43,345 bases of DNA from a virus (IMGVR_UViG_3300005805_000156:1-43345), one strand, 5' to 3'; counted from the stretch's first letter, positions 27,474 to 37,007 are shown. Numbers and translations are program-made. The notes: generated by a model not told the origin, from the sequence alone.

Positions 27474-27553
27474 GATTTGAAGCTGAGCTTCAAAACCAGA
27501 CTGTATGCACCGTCTGGAATTATCATTGTATAAGATATAAGGAAATAAAATAT

Positions 27554-27853
27554 ATGTCTATCGCTAAAACTCTAGCTGCCGTTCAACGCACTAAACAATT
27601 CAAGTCTCTACTAGATTCTGGCCTGAAGCTGGTTTCAACAGATCGTCAACTTTCAAACGGTACTCTTGCTTTCACTGGAAAAATTCGAGTCGGTCGTCGC
27701 ACAATTAGTCCATCCTATGCTGTCACAGCTAATGGTGCAGTCATTAGCAACGAATTTGTTGCTCGTCGAATCTCAGCAGATTCTGCCGTAACTCAATATC
27801 GTCAAGGTCTTGAGGCAATTTCCCAAATTCTCTCTAAACGCGTCTCTACCTAA
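27554..27853 (+). CDS. basic hypothetical protein
   Basis: 99-aa ORF with AAGGA RBS. Confidence 0.7.
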   Translation: MSIAKTLAAVQRTKQFKSLLDSGLKLVSTDRQLSNGTLAFTGKIRVGRRTISPSYAVTANGAVISNEFVARRISADSAVTQYRQGLEAISQILSKRVST

Positions 27854-27859
27854 AAGTCC

Positions 27860-27891
27860 CCCCGGCGCATGATAGGTATCATGCGCCGGGG
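27860..27891. repeat. 15-bp perfect GC-rich inverted repeat
   Basis: CCCCGGCGCATGATA-GG-TATCATGCGCCGGGG with no adjacent T run on the + strand. Confidence 0.85.
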
Positions 27892-27924
27892 CGTGCGAGC
27901 TGAATTTTAATTATCGGAGAACTT

Positions 27925-29472
27925 ATGAAGGTCTATGGTGACATTAATTTATTAAACAACAAACTCTTAAATGCTGAATTCTCAGACAACATAACAATTG
28001 AACAGCTACCAAACTTTCCTGTAGCTCATTCAGTTGGTCATATTGCATTTGTGGATGATGTGCTCTATATCTGTATAGACACAACACCATCAGATGTCTG
28101 GGTACCACTCACCAGAGAGTTAACTGCATATAAGCATTCACAATCACCTGCTTCTACTACCTGGGAGATTCAGCATGATTTGAATACCACTGACATCACT
28201 GTCATGGTGTATGACACCACTGACCATGTTATTATCCCCGATAGTATCAGGGTCACTGGAGTTAACACTGTAGAATTAGGCTTTGCAAGTGCCATCGCTG
28301 GTAAAGCAGTGATTGTTACTGGTAGCATTGACGGTCCTGTTAGGAAGACCCCTGATGGCAGCGTTATCGTAGATTGGTCTAACATAGATAACAAACCCGC
28401 ATTTTCCACGGTGGCTACCAGCGGCAGCTATGCGGATCTAACAAACAAGCCTTCACTTGCCACAGTAGCTACTAGTGGTAGCTTTACCGATCTAAGTAAT
28501 ACTCCCACACTGAGTAATATTTTCGTTGTCGCAAAAAATGGAAACAATACCACTGGAGATGGATCGTTCAGTAAGCCATTTGCGACCATACAGAAGGCGC
28601 ATGATGTAGCTGAAGCCACTATTGCTTCATCACAAGGTGTCACAATTTTGATTATGCCTGGGACCTATACTGATGCCCTAGCCATTACTAGACCTCGAAC
28701 TGCTTTTGTAGGATTCTCTGGATTTGAATGGAGCACTATCATTCAGACAGCAGTAACCATTACTCCTTCAAGGAGAGTGGCACATCCAGGAAACAGCCCA
28801 TTCTCTTTTGAGAACATTTTCTTGAATGTTCCCAGTGGACAAGATGCTATAACTTTTACCGGAAGCACTTTCAGCGGGGCTCTTAATCTAGATAGAGTTA
28901 GAATCTACACCACAAACGGTAAGGGCATCGTAATGAACAACACCGCCACCGATTTTGACGCAACTGTGGGAGCGGCGAACAATCGAATGAAATGGGTTGA
29001 TGTTGATATTCAGACCAATAACGGCAACAAGAATGCTGTAGAAGTACAGAATGCCTATGGATCAATAAATGGTGGATATTTCTTTAGCGGATCCGCCCAA
29101 GCTGCAGTTATGGGATTAGGAGCAAATGTTACCTGCACAAATTGCACCTTTGAGGCTACTGGCGCCACGGTAGCTTCAGTGGCTACCGGTGGAAGTTTGC
29201 TATCTAGAGCCTCTTCTTTTAAGAATAATCAGGCTGATGCAAATGGAGTTGATGTTGCAGCTAATGCATATTTTGTAGTAGCAGAATGCACGTTTGCTCA
29301 CTCAACCACCGCAAGCAATACTGGTTTTGCAATTAAAGGAGTGACCGGATCTGTTATCATCTACTCGTATCTGACATTTGTGAATAACAATCCAGCAAAT
29401 TTGGTTGTCAACAACAGAGTAAGTGCCGCGGCATCACGCATCCCAATGACGACAGCGATTGCAGCAGTTTAA
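27925..29472 (+). CDS. tail fibre/spike protein with beta-helix (pectin-lyase-like) C-terminus
   Basis: N-terminal W.I.H.L...V.VYD module, (ATSGS[YF].DL.N[KT]P)2 tail repeats, VAKNGN..TGDGS..KPF.TIQKA, Asn/Gly/Thr-rich solenoid. Confidence 0.75.
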   Translation: MKVYGDINLLNNKLLNAEFSDNITIEQLPNFPVAHSVGHIAFVDDVLYICIDTTPSDVWVPLTRELTAYKHSQSPASTTWEIQHDLNTTDITVMVYDTTDHVIIPDSIRVTGVNTVELGFASAIAGKAVIVTGSIDGPVRKTPDGSVIVDWSNIDNKPAFSTVATSGSYADLTNKPSLATVATSGSFTDLSNTPTLSNIFVVAKNGNNTTGDGSFSKPFATIQKAHDVAEATIASSQGVTILIMPGTYTDALAITRPRTAFVGFSGFEWSTIIQTAVTITPSRRVAHPGNSPFSFENIFLNVPSGQDAITFTGSTFSGALNLDRVRIYTTNGKGIVMNNTATDFDATVGAANNRMKWVDVDIQTNNGNKNAVEVQNAYGSINGGYFFSGSAQAAVMGLGANVTCTNCTFEATGATVASVATGGSLLSRASSFKNNQADANGVDVAANAYFVVAECTFAHSTTASNTGFAIKGVTGSVIIYSYLTFVNNNPANLVVNNRVSAAASRIPMTTAIAAV

Positions 29473-29576
29473 CCTATTAAAATGAACTACAGCAGAATGG
29501 AGAACTTGAGCTCTCCGTTCTGCTTTCTACTAATAAATAGATAGTAGTATTCATACCTGCATTGAGAGAATGGCTC

Positions 29577-30725
29577 ATGAAACTTAAAGAATTATTTGAA
29601 GGAAAACTAGGCTTTAATCCAACATCTAGTAGTCTAGATTCTGAGACTGAGCTAAAAGAAAATAGCCAAGCTGACGAGACACGAGATGTGCTACTTGAAG
29701 GTGGATGGGCTAGCACGGTTACGCAATCAACCAAGCTGTTTCCGCACATTGCTAGAGCCGCCGCTGAAATCATGCGTGATAAGTTTGAACGAGACTTTAA
29801 CAAGTTCTTAAAATCTGAGCGTGAACAACCAATCAAGATTGGTAAGACCGTTGGTTCTAGTGCGTACTTTCACAGGGATTCAATCGCTTCACCAACCAAA
29901 GAATACGGCGACATAGACATCATCTTTACAATTCCACGGCTACAAGGAACCTCTGTGGAGAAGAACAAGACGCACTACCAAGAGTTGGTTAAGGCTTTCA
30001 TCAATGAAAAGCGGCCAGAGTATGTCTTTAAGCCTGAGGGTTCAGCTCTAGCGGGTGCGGCAGTAATAGTTAAAGTTGGCGATGAATGGGTGCAGGTTGA
30101 TCTCATAACCACGTTCACAGAGCTTGAGGATTGGACCACGCATCGAATGACACCTGAGCATGGATTAAAGGGAGCTCTCCTTGGATTCATGTACAGTGCC
30201 CTTGCTGAAACACTCAATCTTAGTATAGGTGGAATGGGAGTTCAAGCCAAGCACTCCGGGGATATGCTGGTACCATTTAAGAAACAAAAAGTCGATCACG
30301 TTGATACAGTATCAACTGATTTTGGTAAATTTATTCACCACATATTTGATTATTTCTATAATAGAGCGCGTACCGATGCGGGACAGACTGCTGTACCCAG
30401 CAAACCAAAGATACCAACCGCACTACAGAAGAATCCCGGAATGAAAAGGGATGATATTAAGGCCAGTGATCTAGCTGCAAGCATTAGAGCTCTAGCCCGG
30501 GCATTCAGTGCAAATAATATGTTTGGGCACGGCGATTTAAAACATATTAGCAATGAACATGATTTTTTGCGCCAGATAAAACACTCGTATGAAGAGAAAA
30601 TATCCAAGGCAATAGGTGCTACCAAATTTGATAAAGCAGAGACTGAGAGCGCGCGGGCGCGGGCTGAGGCAACTAAGGACACTCTTCGCTCAAAATCCAC
30701 AGAGCTCATGAATTTATTGACATAA
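29577..30725 (+). CDS. Pol-beta-superfamily nucleotidyltransferase, possible head-internal protein
   Basis: VGSS...EYGDIDII, VQVDL, LKG. The N-terminus is MKLKELFE with LLEGG further in. AATAAATA lies at 29532-29539. Confidence 0.7.
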   Translation: MKLKELFEGKLGFNPTSSSLDSETELKENSQADETRDVLLEGGWASTVTQSTKLFPHIARAAAEIMRDKFERDFNKFLKSEREQPIKIGKTVGSSAYFHRDSIASPTKEYGDIDIIFTIPRLQGTSVEKNKTHYQELVKAFINEKRPEYVFKPEGSALAGAAVIVKVGDEWVQVDLITTFTELEDWTTHRMTPEHGLKGALLGFMYSALAETLNLSIGGMGVQAKHSGDMLVPFKKQKVDHVDTVSTDFGKFIHHIFDYFYNRARTDAGQTAVPSKPKIPTALQKNPGMKRDDIKASDLAASIRALARAFSANNMFGHGDLKHISNEHDFLRQIKHSYEEKISKAIGATKFDKAETESARARAEATKDTLRSKSTELMNLLT

Positions 30726-30778
30726 TTTATCAGGCGTATTTTAATTAGATCAGAGACAGTCAAATAGGAGACTCTATC

Positions 30779-31075
30779 ATGATTTCATTATCTGTTAATG
30801 TACAAAATCCATTTAGCCAAAAATTTCAACTCTATTGGTCCAAATGTATTAAAACTATTTCTAAAAATAAATTCATTAATTTTCAATTATATAGAGATTC
30901 AAGTCTATTAGCTTTTAATTTTGATCTCAGTGTTAGAAAGTGCCACACTGGGATTAGAGCTAAAATAGGTGCGTTTGGATTCTGTTTTGAATCTGAATTT
31001 TATGATTCTCGTCACTGGGATAATCCTTTGAGCCGAGAGCAATTCTACGAGCTGCACGATAACTGCAAAGGTTAG
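30779..31075 (+). CDS. hypothetical protein
   Basis: AGGAG RBS. Confidence 0.6.
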   Translation: MISLSVNVQNPFSQKFQLYWSKCIKTISKNKFINFQLYRDSSLLAFNFDLSVRKCHTGIRAKIGAFGFCFESEFYDSRHWDNPLSREQFYELHDNCKG

Positions 31076-31091
31076 TACGCTCTAGAAACAG

Positions 31092-31151
31092 TGTGAAGTA
31101 GTTCACACTCCACGCAGCCATGCGGGTACAGGTTGATATTCATGTTATAAT
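31092..31151 (+). promoter_or_regulatory. early promoter with TGTGA-N6-TCACA box
   Basis: TGTGAagtagtTCACA at 31092-31107; TGTTATAAT ending at 31151. Confidence 0.6.
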
Positions 31152-31179
31152 AGATCTAACATCAACATCATCAACTATC

Positions 31180-31374
31180 ATGGCAACCAAGACACTTGCA
31201 TGGACTGTGGGATTTGAGGCTCATCTGGCCGAGAAGAAAAGAGTGCCTGCTCTTGATGCGCGTGTCTCGGCCCTAATTCATGAAGCCAATGGTGATAGAA
31301 AAACTATACTCAAGATTTTGGACGATTGGCTTGCTGGCTGGGATTCATCAAATTTAAACCGTGAAATTTATTAA
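31180..31374 (+). CDS. hypothetical protein
   Basis: First ATG downstream of the promoter (MATKTLAW...). Confidence 0.6.
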   Translation: MATKTLAWTVGFEAHLAEKKRVPALDARVSALIHEANGDRKTILKILDDWLAGWDSSNLNREIY

Positions 31375-31454
31375 AAATTTAACACTTCCCCGTGTGCGCA
31401 CTCTCATATCGTTGATATAATAGCTCTAACATCAAACAACCCATAGGTTCTAAC

Positions 31455-31784
31455 ATGGAATCTACAGTCAAGAAAAGAAAACGTCGCAGTGATCGTAATC
31501 ACATTATCTACGTGATTACCAACAGCGTTACTGATGAAAAATACGTTGGACTCTCAGTATGTGTTGATCGAAGTGGTCAGGAAACACTCGCCGCTCGGTG
31601 GTGCCGCCATGTTGGTCGAGCTCTTAATCAAAATAGAGATTGGAAACTCTGCAAGAGCATACGTAAATATGGGCCTGATGCTTTTATTCCAGAAATTCTG
31701 CAGATAGTTCGCGGTAAGGCTGCAGCTCACTCACTAGAAACACAACTTCGAAAGAGTGGCGAATACATTCTCAACACCGCTTAA
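31455..31784 (+). CDS. stand-alone GIY-YIG nuclease-domain protein
   Basis: HIIYVITN...KYVG, RW..H, L...IRKYG...F, E..L, LN; own promoter (TATAAT 31416-31421). Confidence 0.75.
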   Translation: MESTVKKRKRRSDRNHIIYVITNSVTDEKYVGLSVCVDRSGQETLAARWCRHVGRALNQNRDWKLCKSIRKYGPDAFIPEILQIVRGKAAAHSLETQLRKSGEYILNTA

Positions 31785-31802
31785 TCAAACGCTAATACGA
31801 CA

Positions 31803-31982
31803 ATGAAAGTAAAATTTTATCTAGATGATGAAGATGCTCTAAATTCTCTCGAATCTGTCCCACTACGAAATTTAAAGAAATTTAAGAAAAAAATAGATGA
31901 TGATTTTTCTGCTCTAAAAATGCAGAAGAAACAGAAAGAAAAATTTTCTCGTTCTACCTTAAGGAAGCATCATGGACTTTGA
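31803..31982 (+). CDS. small basic protein (59 aa, not in ORF track)
   Basis: MKVKFYLDDED...RKHHGL; fills the gap. Confidence 0.5.
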   Translation: MKVKFYLDDEDALNSLESVPLRNLKKFKKKIDDDFSALKMQKKQKEKFSRSTLRKHHGL

Positions 31983-32415
31983 AGACTTTCAAGAAAATAC
32001 AAACTTCACGTACATCTGTTTGCCCAAGGTGGCAGAGGATTCTAGAGTATGTTCTATAGTCAAGGCCACTGCCCTGCGGCTGATGAATAATCCTTACATG
32101 ACTCTTAAAGAGTTCTTCAACGGCCTCTGTGATGATGACATTTCACTACTGAGCTCATATGTTGAAAAATCTTCATTTCATGATGATGAGAGTTCAACCA
32201 GGAATCTACTTCTCCTATCCGAGATGTTGAGCGTAGCAGAAGGATCTATTCGTCAATTTTCTACCACAGTTTCATCCCAACAATTAAATTATTTCTGCAC
32301 GATCGTAACGTGTGTTAGCCTAGAAAGAAAGGGATTGGTTGAGGTGGCGCATGATTATCTTACATTTGGTACAGAATTCAGTAATGTTGAAATAGTTAAA
32401 CTTAAAAAATCTTGA
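31972..32415 (+). CDS. hypothetical protein
   Basis: AAGGA RBS. Confidence 0.65.
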   Translation: MDFEDFQENTNFTYICLPKVAEDSRVCSIVKATALRLMNNPYMTLKEFFNGLCDDDISLLSSYVEKSSFHDDESSTRNLLLLSEMLSVAEGSIRQFSTTVSSQQLNYFCTIVTCVSLERKGLVEVAHDYLTFGTEFSNVEIVKLKKS

Positions 32416-32421
32416 AGTAAA

Positions 32422-32877
32422 ATGAATTCTAAATTAAATGAGCTCTTTGGTACTATTAGTGCGCATCAGGCAAAACAATCTGCTGAATTTAATGAATGGT
32501 TTACTAATGATTGGGCTATTAAGAATTCATTGGACAGGCTCTCTGCACCGCTAGATAAAATTAAAAAGGGAGCTCTTATAGAATGGGAATATTGCCGGAG
32601 AGGAGCCACTCCAGATAATAGAAAATACTGTGATGTTATCTTAGGTGAGGGTTTTGGAGAATTATCTAATTTGGTTGTCGACGTAAAGTATGTGGGAATC
32701 AGATCGAATAGAGACGCTATATTTAATACTGTATTTCAGCGCCATGCAGCTAAAAGAAGTTGGTATGAGTCCCTTAACATTAACGAGCTTCATTTCTGGT
32801 CTCACTTAGATGATTCAGCAGTAATAGAGCCGTGGTTTAGGTGGGTTGTGAAGACTGGTGAAGTTATTAAGTTGTGA
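32422..32877 (+). CDS. hypothetical protein, possible PD-(D/E)xK nuclease fold
   Basis: G..IE ... YCDVIL ... VDVKY spacing resembles the restriction-like catalytic motif. Confidence 0.5.
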   Translation: MNSKLNELFGTISAHQAKQSAEFNEWFTNDWAIKNSLDRLSAPLDKIKKGALIEWEYCRRGATPDNRKYCDVILGEGFGELSNLVVDVKYVGIRSNRDAIFNTVFQRHAAKRSWYESLNINELHFWSHLDDSAVIEPWFRWVVKTGEVIKL

Positions 32878-32924
32878 ACTACTTCACATTTTTCTTCGCC
32901 CGCTTGCCAGGACGATGTTATAAT
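32873..32924 (+). promoter_or_regulatory. early promoter with TGTGA-N6-TCACA box
   Basis: TGTGAactactTCACA at 32873-32888; TGTTATAAT ending at 32924. Confidence 0.6.
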
Positions 32925-32952
32925 AGCTCTATCGACAAACAAAGGATCAATA

Positions 32953-33279
32953 ATGGACATGATTCAGCGACTGCGTAACAAATTGCAGCCAAAGGGTACT
33001 GCACCGGTCATATTCCTACAGGCACTTGGACCCGCAGGAATGGAAATGCACGTTGATTTCGTGCGGGCCTGCATTGATGAGCTGGAAAAAATGCCACTTC
33101 GTGCCGAACTCGGACACGGGCCTTCCAATTTGGAAAAACTTGCATACCAACTGTTGCTAGATTCTGCCTATATCAATCCTCGGGCAGAGGCAGAGCGCGA
33201 AGCATGGCTTGCAGAACAGCAGAAAAACTGTGACATAAATCACAGTTTTTCTAGGGAATTCTCTGTAGTTGTGTTATAA
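32953..33279 (+). CDS. hypothetical protein
   Basis: AAGGA RBS after the promoter. Confidence 0.6.
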   Translation: MDMIQRLRNKLQPKGTAPVIFLQALGPAGMEMHVDFVRACIDELEKMPLRAELGHGPSNLEKLAYQLLLDSAYINPRAEAEREAWLAEQQKNCDINHSFSREFSVVVL

Positions 33280-33280
33280 T
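33229..33280 (+). promoter_or_regulatory. early promoter with TGTGA-N6-TCACA box
   Basis: TGTGAcataaaTCACA at 33229-33244; TGTTATAAT ending at 33280. Confidence 0.6.
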
Positions 33281-33311
33281 TCTTATATCAGCTCATCAAT
33301 AGGAACACACT

Positions 33312-34277
33312 ATGGCAAATGTAGCTACTCTCTCATTTGACAGTCGCAGCAACAAATGGGTTGCTTCCTACGCTGGTAAAGTTCTCGCTGCCTCTCCTAA
33401 CAAAGATTATGTCATCAGTGTTATTGCCTCTGGTCGCTGTAACAAAGCTGCTAGCATGGGAGTCTCTCAAGTTCGAGAAGTTGGTAAAGCTGCCGAAGCC
33501 GCAACAGAGAACAATGAGCCGCCAGTCGATCGCTTTGGTATCAACGAGCGGTTTGATTTCTTGAGTGACTTCGTGAATATGGTTGCTGATCGCACGTGCG
33601 CCTCATTGATTGTTACAGGTGAAGGTGGTCTTGGAAAAACCTACACGGTAAACCGGACCCTCGCTCTCGCTGGGCTAACAAATGCTGCCGATGCCATTGG
33701 CCTCTCATCGGACAACGTTCTAGTAGAAGCTCAGAGCCGCAAGGTCTACTCGGTTGTAAAAGGGTTCAGCACTCCCAAAGGTCTCTACCGTACTCTCTAT
33801 GAAAATCGTAATCGTATTATCGTGTTCGATGACTGCGACAGCGTGCTCAAAGACCCAGTTGCACTCAATCTGCTAAAAGGTGCTCTTGATTCCTATGATC
33901 GTCGCATAATCAGCTGGAATGCAGAATCTTTTGGTGATGATGATCTGCCACGCAGCTTTGAATTCAAGGGTGGGGTAATCTTTATCAGCAATCTTCCACT
34001 CTTCAAGATCGACCAAGCCATTCGCAGCCGGGCAATCTGTGTGGATCTCTCCATGAATGTGTCTCAAAAGATTGAGCGCATGCGCGCACTTATCATGACT
34101 GAAGAGTTCTTGCCAGAGTACTCCGAGCAGACCAAGACCAGTGCCGTTGAATTCCTTGATCGGATGAAGGACGAAGCCAAGGAACTCAGCCTTCGTACGC
34201 TGATTTCTATTACTAAAGTTGCTGCTCGTGGTGGTGCATGGGAACGTCGTGCAGAATACCTCCTCACCGCTAACTAA
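33312..34277 (+). CDS. AAA+ family ATPase
   Basis: Walker A GEGGLGKT, Walker B IIVFDDCD, sensor FISN, Arg finger AIRSR. Confidence 0.85.
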   Translation: MANVATLSFDSRSNKWVASYAGKVLAASPNKDYVISVIASGRCNKAASMGVSQVREVGKAAEAATENNEPPVDRFGINERFDFLSDFVNMVADRTCASLIVTGEGGLGKTYTVNRTLALAGLTNAADAIGLSSDNVLVEAQSRKVYSVVKGFSTPKGLYRTLYENRNRIIVFDDCDSVLKDPVALNLLKGALDSYDRRIISWNAESFGDDDLPRSFEFKGGVIFISNLPLFKIDQAIRSRAICVDLSMNVSQKIERMRALIMTEEFLPEYSEQTKTSAVEFLDRMKDEAKELSLRTLISITKVAARGGAWERRAEYLLTAN

Positions 34278-34290
34278 TGAGAGTAACTAA

Positions 34291-34500
34291 ATGATCAAAA
34301 TTCACGATCCTAATTTTCCCAATGATGAAACACGCGCCGTCGAACTCTCACTAGCCCAGCTACAAGTTGTCCGTGAATATGTGTGTGAGTGTCTCAATGC
34401 TAGACAGGGCCGAGGACAGAGAATTAGAGAAGGTCGCATAATTCAAATGCTAGAACAAGCAGGAAAACCAATTGTATTCAATCAACTAGATAAGGAGTGA
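34291..34500 (+). CDS. hypothetical protein
   Basis: Short ORF in operon context. Confidence 0.55.
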   Translation: MIKIHDPNFPNDETRAVELSLAQLQVVREYVCECLNARQGRGQRIREGRIIQMLEQAGKPIVFNQLDKE

Positions 34501-34503
34501 TGC

Positions 34504-34908
34504 ATGTCTTCACACTGCAACATTGGCGTAGAACATGAGAATGGTTCAATTAGTTATGTATACTGTCACTTTGATGGGTATCCAGTTAACATTACACGCA
34601 TTCTTACACGTTTCTACAACTCCTATGACTCAGCTCTTGCACTAGTTGAGTTGGGAGAGCTGAGCTGTATTGGTAAGACTCTGGACGAGTGCAAGGCATA
34701 TCATCGCGACTTTGGTGAATTCTATGAAGTATGGAATGAGTCGGATGCTGAAAAAATGTATCTACAGGAATACAATTACCTGTTTAGAACCGTGAATAAT
34801 GGTTGGTGGATTAAGAAATGCACCTCTCCCGAGTGGGTGCAGATTGATGATAATTTCAATCCCGCCGCTTGGCAGCTGCGGCTACAATTAGTGCGAAATG
34901 CTGGCTAA
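34504..34908 (+). CDS. phage hypothetical protein with YCH.DGY motif
   Basis: IG.....G....VYCHFDGYP...L...Y, L..LG.LS, YHRD.GE, EY.YLF; AAGGAG RBS. Confidence 0.7.
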   Translation: MSSHCNIGVEHENGSISYVYCHFDGYPVNITRILTRFYNSYDSALALVELGELSCIGKTLDECKAYHRDFGEFYEVWNESDAEKMYLQEYNYLFRTVNNGWWIKKCTSPEWVQIDDNFNPAAWQLRLQLVRNAG

Positions 34909-35442
34909 TAGGTATCCCTGAATACGGGAGCCCTGTAGTAGATGGGCTCTCTGTAATTTTATTAGTTCAGTATTCTCTGTTAGCTGACACCACAGATCAC
35001 ATGAGAAACTCTGCTGTCTAACAGAACCAAACAGTGATGATACATTGGGTGAAAGTGAGTTGAAATAGGATACGTGAACTCCACCACAGTATTCTCCTCC
35101 GTTTTTTGATGACAGAAATGGAAGCCCTTCTAGCATCACATAGCTCTGCTTCTTAGATTCATTTATACTGATTACTCTCACATCGAATGAAGCAAAAAGA
35201 AGTGGACCAAACCGCGTGTAGTCGCTTCCCAGCGATTCGGTCTGAATTGCGGCCCCTCCTGGCCCACTTATTAACTTTGGATTCCAGGTCCCTCGCATGG
35301 ATGAGGGAGAGTCTGAGACCTCTGACTGCTGTTTAACTGAGAGCAGTCCATCATCTGAGATGTTCAGCCCATCACCAATCATGACCAGCCCAAGGCTGCT
35401 GGCCGATGCTATAGAGTTGGATGGCTGCCTGGTATACGACAT
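34888..35442 (-). CDS. fibre-tip-like protein
   Basis: Starts MSY; contains the AS..SLG.V.IG.GL.I..DG.LSV shaft motif and a GTW.P...Y.R.G...GLPF tip motif. Confidence 0.65.
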   Translation of the reverse strand: MSYTRQPSNSIASASSLGLVMIGDGLNISDDGLLSVKQQSEVSDSPSSMRGTWNPKLISGPGGAAIQTESLGSDYTRFGPLLFASFDVRVISINESKKQSYVMLEGLPFLSSKNGGEYCGGVHVSYFNSLSPNVSSLFGSVRQQSFSCDLWCQLTENTELIKLQRAHLLQGSRIQGYLLASISH

Positions 35443-35456
35443 GATGCACCTGTAGA

Positions 35457-36089
35457 TTAGATTATTCTCCACTGACCGGCTCTAAACACAACGCTTATGG
35501 CCTGGTATGGGACACTGATAACATAATTAGGTTTGCCATCGACAAGTTCGGTGGTCTGAGGCGCTATAGTGATTTTACCACTTCCTTGCCCATACTCATC
35601 CTTTATGGTATAGACGCGACCAGCAACACCTAGCGGAAGAGTGATGGTCACTGCGCTTGCACTTGAGACGCCAATGTATTCATCATTTGCTGTTGCAGTA
35701 TAGTTAGAGGTTGTTCCAACAACTGATATAAGATCAGCGCCAACTGCAGACACTGTGATGTTGCCTGTTGAACCGCTCAGAGTGATGCCTGGGCCTGCGG
35801 TCAGTGTCAGCACTCCAGTATTTCTAATAGTGAAGGTTGAGCTTGGACCAGATGTTGTGACCGAGGATAGAGAGATTCCATCGCTCGCTGTTGGGGTTAC
35901 AGTGGTAATAACTGATTTACCATCAAGAGTCAGGGCTGTTGTTGCCGCGACCTCATCAAATACAACATCGGCAGTTGTAGATACATCCTGGGGGATGGAA
36001 ATTACACCATCAGCATTTACGCTGATGTAGTCTCCTATTTGGGTTACCCCATAAGAGGTTTTTGACGCTGGTTGACTTAAATATGACAT
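35457..36089 (-). CDS. fibre-like protein with shared C-terminal module
   Basis: Starts MSY; has GV..LTAG.GI.LS..TG.IT repeats and the C-terminal TLP..G....IKD..G...I.I......DG...PY...W.II module. Confidence 0.7.
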   Translation of the reverse strand: MSYLSQPASKTSYGVTQIGDYISVNADGVISIPQDVSTTADVVFDEVAATTALTLDGKSVITTVTPTASDGISLSSVTTSGPSSTFTIRNTGVLTLTAGPGITLSGSTGNITVSAVGADLISVVGTTSNYTATANDEYIGVSSASAVTITLPLGVAGRVYTIKDEYGQGSGKITIAPQTTELVDGKPNYVISVPYQAISVVFRAGQWRII

Positions 36090-36102
36090 GCTGCTTTCTC
36101 CT

Positions 36103-36600
36103 CTAGATTACATGCCAAGAATTTCCTTGGCTTATTAAGTTTACGGATTCATAGGGAACTGTGAGAACGCGAGTTGAGTCACCGTCAATGGTGCTGGTTC
36201 CCTGAGCGACAATGGTCACTTTTCTAGTTCCTAGTGGGGGACCCATGTCAGCCTTTATAACAAGCTGAATACAATCCTCTGGATTATCTGGTAGAAAAAC
36301 GTTTACTGGGCCGGAGCTTTTTACACCTATATAGTAATCCGATGTCAAGGCCGTGTAGTCGGTGGTGACCAAGATTGCTCTGCATGGATGCTCTGGTGAT
36401 GGGAAGGTAACAGATATTGTTCCATCTGGGGTGACATCTATATTGTTACCCACTTTAACAACACCGAGGCTGGTGGTGGTTGCTATGTCGGCATCTAATG
36501 TAACGGGAACAATCCCAGGTGGCTGTGTAATAGAAGGGGAAGGATTCTGTTTTAATCCAACTCCAGCTAGTGTTACTTGTGGTGGTCTGTTGTAAGCCAT
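36103..36600 (-). CDS. fibre-like protein with shared C-terminal module
   Basis: Starts MAY; has the AT..SLGVVKVG.NI.V..DGTISV motif and the same C-terminal module. Confidence 0.7.
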   Translation of the reverse strand: MAYNRPPQVTLAGVGLKQNPSPSITQPPGIVPVTLDADIATTTSLGVVKVGNNIDVTPDGTISVTFPSPEHPCRAILVTTDYTALTSDYYIGVKSSGPVNVFLPDNPEDCIQLVIKADMGPPLGTRKVTIVAQGTSTIDGDSTRVLTVPYESVNLISQGNSWHVI

Positions 36601-36602
36601 GA

Positions 36603-37007
36603 TTATATTAGAATCCACTGACTGCCATCAAAAACCAACGTAAGTGCACCATATGGAGCATTTACAGTCGCCGTGGCTGCTCCATCAATTACATCAGCAC
36701 CAGCTGGAGTTATTGTAATAGGAGTAGCGGGAGCGGCAAGACCTAATCCATCCTTAATGGTGAATACTTTTCCAGCAACTCCGGCTGGCAGAGTCACAGT
36801 CACAGCGACTGGTCCAGGCACTTGGACGCTGATGACCTCATCAGTTGTACTACTTACAGCCACTGGGGTTGTAACAGCAATTCTGACTGCAAGTGGAGTT
36901 ATACCACTTGCGCTTATGGTGACAGTATTTGCTCCTGTACCAACAGTTGGCGTGACTGTGATACCTGATCCTGCTAGTATTGATGCTGGGTTATTGGTGT
37001 ATGACAT
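36603..37007 (-). CDS. fibre-like protein with shared C-terminal module
   Basis: Starts MSY; TLPAGVAGKVFTIKDG.G ... IDG ... PYG.LTLVFDGSQW.LI. Confidence 0.7.
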   Translation of the reverse strand: MSYTNNPASILAGSGITVTPTVGTGANTVTISASGITPLAVRIAVTTPVAVSSTTDEVISVQVPGPVAVTVTLPAGVAGKVFTIKDGLGLAAPATPITITPAGADVIDGAATATVNAPYGALTLVFDGSQWILI

